64,000 bases of DNA from Gnetum montanum. Taxonomy: Eukaryota; Plantae; Gnetophyta. The stretch lies in the NCBI GenBank assembly GCA_015680685.1, contig MNCI01000651.1, positions 1,913,832 to 1,977,831 of the forward strand, given 5' to 3'. Shown here piece by piece: positions 54,725 through 64,000 of the stretch. Made by a program: the position numbers and the translations under genes. The notes beneath the pieces are model-generated. The model searched no databases. It was not told where the DNA came from and worked only from the letters and a program-made list of their open reading frames with translations. The first letter of the stretch is position 1. Each line of letters begins with the position of its first letter.

Positions 54725-54975
<251 letters not shown>

Positions 54976-54979
54976 AGTA

Positions 54980-55145
54980 AAAATATGATTATTTGGAACG
55001 CCATGATTGGGAATGGACCGAAAGCTCTACAACTTTTTGGGTGCTTCAAAAAATCAGGGATTCAACCTAATTAGATTACTTTCGTTCATGTTCTGTTTAC
55101 TTGCAATCATGCAGGATTTGTGCACGAATGATTAATTTTTCAATC
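54980..55145 (+). pseudogene. Captured PLS-class PPR fragment
   Basis: IIWNAMIGNGPKALQLF...KSGIQPNxITFVHVLFTCNHAGFVHE. Confidence 0.8.
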
Positions 55146-55164
55146 TTTGGAGAGAGGCTTCAGA

Positions 55165-55370
55165 ATAGTTGACGTCGCCTTCAAAGTTGTTAAATGATAA
55201 ATTTAAAACTTGAAGAAAAGTAAGCTTGGACAAAGACTCTGGAATAGGACCCGTAATCTTGTTATGAGAAAGACCCATGTTCTCCAACTATGTAAGCTTG
55301 TTGCCCAAGGATTTTGACTGGTTCCCATTAAAATTGTTGAAGGAAAGATTAACATTGACTGCATTCAGCC
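55165..55370 (-). pseudogene. Captured extracellular LRR (RLK/RLP) fragment
   Basis: VNLSFNNFNG...LGNKLTxLENMGLSHNKITGPIPESLSKLTFLQVLNLSFNNFEG matches the plant LxxLxxLxLSxNxLxGxIP consensus. Confidence 0.85.
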
Positions 55371-57027
55371 ATTCAACAATATGAATTACAATGTTCCTGT
55401 TTAATCAATGCAGAAATAATTTTACCCTGCACCACTGGACTACTAAATTTTTGTTGCTGCAGAGATATGCTTTCCTGAAATAAAATGGATACAAAACCAA
55501 TTTTACCTTAGATGCTCTTTAATTTGCTACATATTCATATCATATAAATGATACATATAAAAATTGGACTTCCTCCATAATCTTGCTAGACTTTGGTTCT
55601 GTAAAGCCCAATGTATCATAATATATTTATATATCTATATTGCTACCTTGTAAAATGCATTGCTCAGAGATTCATAAGCTTACTATAGGAATGGTGCTCC
55701 TATATATTTCTTCCTTAAATTAAAAGAATTTTTTTGTTAAGTTATTCTTTTTCTTTCAAATTGAAATTTTTTCCACTTCTCCAAAAACTTTTAACCAATT
55801 TAATCCTGCCAACCTGCTCCATGAAATGGCCAAATGTGCCAACAGTGGATCCTCCCCATAGCAAGCTTATGCTCTTAATGTTGTTGCATGCCCTCAAACC
55901 AAGGAGTTTGTGGGCCCTAAGGATGATTAATGGTTAAAGATTGTTAAACACCAAATCACCCAAATAAATCATCAAAGAATTTTATTTTTTTACTAAATGA
56001 ACCCATCGAAACATTCATGAAAAAGAGATAGTGAGGTGATTTTTGAAAAGAATTGGTGGATGAGAGAGAGTATGGAATGGAGTTCCCCATGGTGGTCACA
56101 TGAAGTCTCTTATGGAAGATGTGATTAAGTATGAACTAATAACTTCCTTAGTCCAAATCAAGACCATCCACTTCTAGTGACTTTTCATCAACACCTTAGA
56201 TCATTCCATCCCCCAAGGTACAAGAACATCCCCACAAACCACTCATCATTCCAAAAGAAGAAGAAAAGAAAAGCAAGAAGTGAAAAGGACCTTAGTTAAA
56301 GGGATGCCTTCAAGCATGGGTAACATGCCTTTTTAGCCTCATAACCAACGCTTTTATCCAATTATTATGTCTAAAGAGTGTGCTTTGAATTTCCATAACT
56401 TTTTTTTTTCAAATGAAAACCACACCATGCAAAGACATTGCTTCCTATTTATTGTCCTATAATGGAATGGTGAGAAGTCCATGGAAATACTCATGTATCT
56501 CAAACAGCATGTAGGTACAAAAGTGATAAATTCCTTTGAAGTCACACCCTTGTCCATCAATTAATTTGTTCCAAGTTTGAAAAAATACAAAGGTCATCAG
56601 TTCATTATAAATTGTTATTAATAAGGGACCTCATATTTCCAAAACAAGGAAACATCGTAGAGTTGAGTGGAGTGATGGATGACATGGACTCACTGCCTAT
56701 TAACATGAAAAGAATCAATGTCCCATTAGTAAACATCAAAATTCTAAAATGAAATCTAGCCATTTGCAATCAAGTAATCAATAAAGTTTAAACCACCACC
56801 GATAAGCAGCTATTGTTGGCACGAAAGTCCTTATGGAAATAAAGAAAAATAAATAAATATAAGAAAATTTCAAATAAAGAAAAATATATAAAAATCATAA
56901 AATATCTAAGAAAATGAAAAAAATACTAAAAATGATGTAAACAAAAAATTTAAAAATTGAGAAGCCATTTTATAAGATCTTAGCATGGATGGTCATCTCC
57001 TCCATAACTAAGTTGGAAGGGGGAGAT

Positions 57028-60000
57028 CTCAAAGATCAAGCATGCTTAACCATCTATTGAGGCATTGTGTTCACTAGTTACTCATTGTTCATGAAAAGAC
57101 TCTATTTATTAAGTGTTGACTAATGATTTTTTATTTGGGCTCTTAGAGTGGTAGATCAACATGGGCCCAAATGAAAAGGTATCATCGATAATGTAAGGGC
57201 CCTTCCATAGCATTTGAAATTTTTTTCATTGAGAAACATGCATGGGGTTCTAGTAGAGCACCTTATCACCTAGTTGAAATTTAACTTTCCTAATCCTAAG
57301 TTCATGTTATTGTTTATTGTATGCCTTGTGCACTTTGTTTGATCATAGGACCACTAATTGATTCTCATCTAGCACATTAAGGTTCATCAATCTTTCTTTT
57401 CATGCTAGGCTTAGGTCCAAGTCTAGGTTACATGTAGTTGAAAGCATATGGAGTTCTACTTGGATAGGAAGTATTGGGAGCTTTTCATACATGAGCTCAT
57501 AGGAATAGTATCCCATAGGAAGTTTTCATGTTGAATGATAAGCTCAAAGGGAATCATTAAGTTTAGAGCTCCAATCCCTTCTATATTTACTAACTATTCA
57601 TATTAGTATTTTGGTTATCTCCCTATTAGTAACCTCGACTTGACCATTCTCTTGGGATGGTATGTAGTTGTTAATTTATGCTCGACCCCCAAGCACTACA
57701 TGAGTTTATGAAAAGTGGCATTCATGAAATGTGTACTGATATCAAAATTAAGTATACATGGCACCCCAAATCTATTTACAACATGATGTATAAAGTAGGC
57801 TACAATAGATGATGTACAATCAATGACAATCACAACTTCTACCCATTTTGTATAATAGTCAATAGCTATAATTATATAGGTCTTTCCATTAGATATGGGG
57901 TTGATGGGCCCCATAAAGTAAATTCCCCAAAGGTCAAAAGGCTCTAATGGTTGGATCCACTATTGGAATCCTTCCATATCAGCAATCATCACCCTATCTT
58001 ATTGGCACTTGTCATAGAAGCAAAAGAAGTAATAGGTATCTCTAAAGAGTGTAGGCCAATAGTACCTTGCCATGAGAATCTTAATTAGCATTTACATCCA
58101 AACATAGGGGCCCCCACAAGGGCCCTCATGTGCATCTTAGAGGACTCACAGTTTATTCATATCAGGGGCACACCATCATACTAGAACATCTACACAAACC
58201 TTGTAAACATTGCCATTAATCTCCGTGAAGTGTTTGTCCTAATGAAAAAAACTATTGTTTCTTCTTGTGATCCCACCCCTATGACATCTCCTAAGTAAGT
58301 AGATAGGATAAGATGTCCTCATACTAATTAATTTATTTAGGGCCTTATTCAATAATATCACTAGCAAAAAGGAGTTCATTAGGAAACTTGTCTGATAATG
58401 GGATCTCCTCCTCCTTACTATCCCATCATAACCAAGACAAGTGATCAGCAATCACATTCTCAGTTCCCTTTCTATCAATCATTAGTAGATCAAACACTTG
58501 TAGGATCACCTACCACTGAATGACCTGGGGTCTCAGCATTGGTTTATTCATAAGGAATCAAATAGCACTATGGTACATGTATAAAAACACTTTATAACTA
58601 AGCACATAGTACCTGAATTTCTCCAATACATACACCACTATCATCAACTCCTTTTTGGTGGTGGTGTAGTTAATCTATGCATCCACAATGATTCTGCTAC
58701 CACAATGAATGTAGTATGGACATTTCTTATCATCTATCTATGTTAGCATGACCCCTAAGGCATAGTTTGAGTCATTTGTCATGATATGGAACGGTCTAGA
58801 CCAGTGTGGTGCTCATAGAATAGGAGTTTCTACAAGCTTCTACTTGAGTTTTTGGAATGAGTTCTTGCATTTCTTAGTCCAAATAAATGAGGCATCTTCC
58901 TTTGCCAACTCCACAAATGATTTGATGATCTTCAATAAGCTCTCGATGAAGAGCCTATAGTAACCAATGTGTTCAAGGAATGACCACATATCTTTGATAG
59001 TCTCTATTTTCTTGGTGATTCCTTGGATGATCCTTACTTTTTCTAGGTTTACCTTGATCCCCTTCCTTGAAATTTAGTGACCCAAGATAATGCCTTCTTG
59101 GACCATCAAATGGCTCTTTTTCCAATTGAATCTTAGGTTGTTCTCCACACATCTTTGAAGCACTTGTTCCAAATGATCCAAGGCTTACTCAAAGATGGCC
59201 CCATAGGTAGAGAAGTCATCCATGAAGACTTTCACCCAGCTACTAGTTTTCTATTGAAAGATACTAAGGAACAACCATTGGAACGTAGTAGAAGCATAAA
59301 GGCATCTTTGTGTATGCAAAAGTCCCTAGGAACTTGTGAATATTATTTTGGCCTAATCCTCTAACGCTATCTAGATTTTGTTATAGTAATTATAACCATC
59401 TAGAAAACTATAGTAGAAATGCCCTACAAACATATCCAACACTTAGTCCACAAATGACAATAAAATGTGATCTTTGTAAGTCATCATGTTCAACAGCCTA
59501 AAATCTATATAGACCCTACACGTCCCTTCTTTTTGTGGGACTATAACAAGTTGGATAACCCACTCACTATCTACAATTATATAAATTAACCCTACCTTGA
59601 GGAGTTATTCAATCTTCTCCTTAATGATCTACTTGAGCTTAGGGTTCAATAATTCCTGTAGCTATATTTTTGGTTTGATGGAGATGTCTATGTATATTCT
59701 ATGATGGCATATCCTTGGACCAACTATAGTGAGTTCAATATATGACAAGGCAAAGGCTATTGGCCATTTGTTCATAACTTCTAGCAACTTCTTCTTTTGT
59801 TCATGATAAATTATGGCATTAATGATGATTGTCTTATCATTGTTTCAAAAGGAATACTCCATGCCTACTAGTAAATCCTTCAACTCAAGGGGCTCCTACT
59901 TGAAAGTCTCTAAGATCTCCAACTCTCCCCAATTAATTTCACCTTTTTCATTAGAGAGTTAGTGATGGATTTTCTCCAAGTGATCCATACTCTCCACATA

Positions 60001-60700
60001 AGAGCTTGTGAGGCTCTCAACTAGTTCAATGCACATTGTGGATTTAACCTCTCTTTTTATTATCAACCACTAGGTGTCCTCCTATTTAGTGGTTGCTACA
60101 TACAAACACCTTTGAATTGTAGCAACATTAGCATACTGACTACATGCCTTAAGGGATGTGCTCTTTATAATACATAGTCTTTGCATGTAGTAGCACCCTG
60201 TGTTATTGTACAAGATATATGGAACACACTTTTTCTCAATATTTCCAAATTCATTTTCCTTGAAACTTGTCAAGGAGATATCTCAGATTCCCAACTATGC
60301 ATCAATTGTACTCATCCATGCTCTTCCCATGATAATGGGGAAGTTCCCCTTAGCATTCTCCACATGGATTACTAGGAAATTAGTAGGATATGACCACCAA
60401 TAAACAGTGATCACAATGTCCTCAACCAATCCCAAAGGAACAATGATAGATTGGTCTACTAGTTTTAACCTTATATAGCTATTTTGCAAAGGAGGCAAGT
60501 TCTAGGCTTTGAACATTTCTTGTGAGATCAAGTTAACTCAAAAACCTAAGTCCAAAGATCTTTTCAAGGTTTATTTTTGGAAATCTGAAAATAAATAAGG
60601 GGACTCCCAAGATCATATCTCTTCATGGGAAGATGGTCAACCTTAATTGAATCAGTGACCACATAGTCAATTGGGGAGTGTTTTGGTTTGAAGGAGGCTT
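57028..60700 (-). pseudogene. pol: pol of A3
   Basis: MGPINPISNGKTYIIIAIDYYTKWVE, FMDDFS, FPIIMGRAW, WKGPYII motifs. Confidence 0.9.
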
Positions 60701-60799
60701 GATAGGAATTGCAGAGGTGGTAGAAGTAGGGATCATAACCAAAAGTATCTATGAGTGCTTTGTGGGATTGTTGGTTTTGAAGAAGGGTCTTTTGCATCA

Positions 60800-63205
60800 A
60801 TTAGCATTAGAACCACCTAGCTAAGAAGTTGACTATAAGTTTATAGTCCTTGTGGCATTTTTCTATTATGGCTATGCTAGGATCTCACCTTGCATAGATG
60901 GAGCAAGTGGAGGAGGGGTTGTAGGTGGAGGTGTAGGAGTGAAAGAGTAAGAAGGATGAAAGTAAGAAAATGGGGACTTCCCACTTGGTGATGGTGCCCT
61001 CTAATATTAAAGAGGGTAGTAGTGGTGTTGGAAGGAAGCATGACTAGAGGAGTCATGTAGAGAGATATGCTACTGAATGTAGTACCCATAAGGATCTAGT
61101 TTCCAATAAGGATACTACTACCTTGGAGGTGGCATCCCCCATGACTATGGGTGTTACCACTATTGATATTGCTCACGAGGTCATGGTAGTGCTCCACTTG
61201 GATAGTAAGTTTGATGGTGGAACTGCTACTGATAGTTGCCTTGTGGATAAGGCAACCTTCTCAATTCTTTCCATTTTCACAATTTGGAACTTCAAACATA
61301 CACCCTGTATTTTTGCAAGTGTGACACAATAGGGAAACATCCCTTGGGATGTTCATATTATCATATGTTACACCCATCATCATCTGACCTAGCATCTACA
61401 ACCTCTTCAACTACTACAAGCTTGCCCATAGCCTTATAATGGTTATGTTCAACTTGCTTTTTCTTCCTTCTTTCACAACCACTACCTCATTGGTCTCTAC
61501 TCTCTTCTATGATTATTAGAGAAATTTGGAATTTTTTATCTAAGAAGTCCCACATTCCATCCACTTTAGCTGATATTTCAAAGATAGATTTTTATATCAG
61601 TAACGTTTTCCTTTGCACCACTTCATCAAGTGGTGCCTCCTTCTCATTATCATAGATATGGAACTCCCTCTTATGGAGAGAGGGCTCCTTATTATACTCC
61701 TTCATACTTTTCTATATTTTTAGATCATTCTCTTCTTTAACTACTTACTTGATAAACCGTTGGATCTAATGGACCCTTAGCTTAGATAGCCTCCCTTGGG
61801 CATAGACCCTAAGGGTTTTCCTTATTTTAGTTCAAAGCCCATCTATGATGTGGTGCAACTAATCCCTTTCAGAATAGCCATGGCCTAAGCGTCGATGCAA
61901 TAAGGAGTAGTACCTTCCCATGTCCACATATAAGGATTCATGTGTACCTTGTTTTCATTCTTGGATTTACCTTTACAAGTTGTACACTATGGAGTATGTT
62001 TGATACTTTCCATTGGATAGTCCAAGCATCGTATTCCATCTATAAATAGATTCTAGTTCCAAGGACCAATACCAAATTTTTACTTCCTTAATGAGTATCA
62101 TGGAAAACAATTTCAGCTTTTTCCAGTCATTCTCTATGTTCTACAAAGCACAAGGATCATGAAAGGCTTGCAATTCATTTTTTGGATCCAAATTATACCC
62201 CCCTTCGGACTTGGGGATAGTATTCATATCCAATCATTTGATTTAGCTATCTTTCACATGCCTAGTTAGTATTCTTGTAGCCTCTACAATGTTCAGCAAG
62301 TTCCTTGTTTCTATTAGGGGCTCATCATAGTCATAGCAGTCTTGGTAGCTCCTATCATGGCCATGATGCCTATGATGAGTCCTATTATCTTTCCTTTATC
62401 TATTCTAATGATCCCCCCACTACTTATGCCCACAATCTTTGTCATTACAATAGGACCTACAATCATCCCTATCCTACAATTTTCCTCCATCATAGTTTTT
62501 ATTACCTCTATAACTCCAATCAAAGTTGAAGGAGGAAGATGATGAAGATGAAGAAGGTGAAAAAGAAGGAAATCCATGACTAGAGGGGTGCCTACTGCTC
62601 CCTCATCTTTGGTCCCTATCCCATTCACCATATTTGTCCTTGTCTTGGTGCTTTTCTTTGTTCCTACCTTGGCTAACCCTTTTCGAGGCCCCTTGATCCT
62701 AGGATCTACTATTCCTAGAACTAGGATTGTTCACAATGGACTACAAGCACTAAGTAAGGGTCTCCTCATCAAAGAGAGAAGGAGAATCAGTGTATTGAGA
62801 GATCCCCAAAAAGAAGTCCTTTCCTTCTTTATGTGTTTATAAGAACAAGTGTGTAGGGCCTCGTTTGCCTTTTGTGGCCTCATATCAGGCTTCCATTTGC
62901 TGATCATTCTTTTTCTATGCTTCTGTGGGATGATAATCCCAGCAAGCATGATCTTGTACTTTGTATTCTAAATTGAATCCTACAATAACCAATTTGATAA
63001 GATTATTCAACTACATTGTAGGAATAGAGTGATCAAGAGGTAACATTATGTTGTCCTCCATGTCCCTCCACCACATCTACTCATCTTCATGTAGGATGTA
63101 GGTGAAGTCTAGAGTTTAGGCATTTGGATAATTGTAGATCACCTTAAATTATTGGAACATTGGCATCATATGACCTTCCTATCTTTGTTGATTGGCATCG
63201 CCCAT
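60800..63205 (-). pseudogene. gag: gag of A3
   Basis: Colinear with A1/A2 gag, including the N-terminal FTYILHEDExMWW...NIMLP block and R/D/H/S-rich spacer. Confidence 0.7.
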
Positions 63206-64000
63206 GAACAGTGGCAGAGAGTCTTCCTTACAAGAAAAAGCCATATTAGTGATTGAGAAAAATAGTGTGGTTTTATTATTTTATTTTTTTTAATGATGTT
63301 AGCATTAAGTTCCTTTTACAATATCTATGGATGACTTCACTATCTCTTCTAGGTAGTGCACTTAGCTAACTAAAGTCCCCAACAATGGCACTAATGTTGA
63401 GCAACGAGTAGTTCCTATGCCCAATCATAAAAATGACAAGAACGTACTAGTGATCTAGTCAAATTCCATGGACTTTAGTCCTCCAAATTCCAATAGCAAA
63501 GATAGTGATCTATAGACATGATCATTTTTTTCTTGGCTACACTTGTGTAAGTGCAATTGTATGGTTAAATGGAGCAAAGGCACATGATTTGTATTAATTT
63601 TATATTTTTATATGACTTAATCTAAGTGCAAGATAAAGTAATTGATTAAGAGTTAATCTAATTAATTATCTAATGTCTTAGCCTATCTCCTAAAAAAAGT
63701 ATCTAGTCCCACCTTTCATACACATCCTAAACTCATTACAATGTTACTAAGTTACCAAGTGATAGCAGTATTGGGATTACCAAGCGTTAATGTTATGCTC
63801 AAGGAAGTCATACTTATGTGTATTAATTAAGTGTATTTAATTAACTATGAGCATGGAAGTAAAGTGCATCAATAATAAATTACATAAAAATAAACATTAA
63901 TCTATTTCCAAGTGTTGCAAGGTATTTTAAGAATCTCATCTTTATTGTCATCACATCAATATGTCCATTGGTGCTCGAATAAGAATCCATACAATCCTTG

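Overview
AT-rich land-plant heterochromatin made almost entirely of nested, decayed LTR retrotransposons; no intact host gene is visible. Pervasive CG/CHG-type C>T decay has turned most CAG/CGA/TGG codons into stops. The backbone consists of three minus-strand Athila-type Ty3/gypsy elements (770-10841 with a perfect ACATG TSD; 27189-40390; ~47854 to beyond the window end), a plus-strand Athila 3' fragment, a pol-less Sirevirus-type Ty1/copia element, and a chromodomain-bearing Tekay-like integrase fragment. Two things stand out. (1) Two related TG...CA elements with near-perfect 5-bp TSDs (43624-47241 and 52496-55844) look like giant solo LTRs. They share ~1.2 kb at one end and ~35 bp at the other, but between these each carries a different mosaic of host-gene fragments (FAD oxidoreductase and condensin CAP-G in one; RuvBL2, PPR and LRR in the other), all upstream of the TATA box, i.e. 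in the inferred U3. (2) A 5.4-kb element with two 574-bp LTRs (11034-16444) has no recognisable gag/pol but carries an intronless, diverged CCR4-type deadenylase domain downstream of a 5S rRNA internal-promoter fragment. All protein identifications are from recalled family motifs read by eye, not database searches; boundaries marked ~ are approximate.
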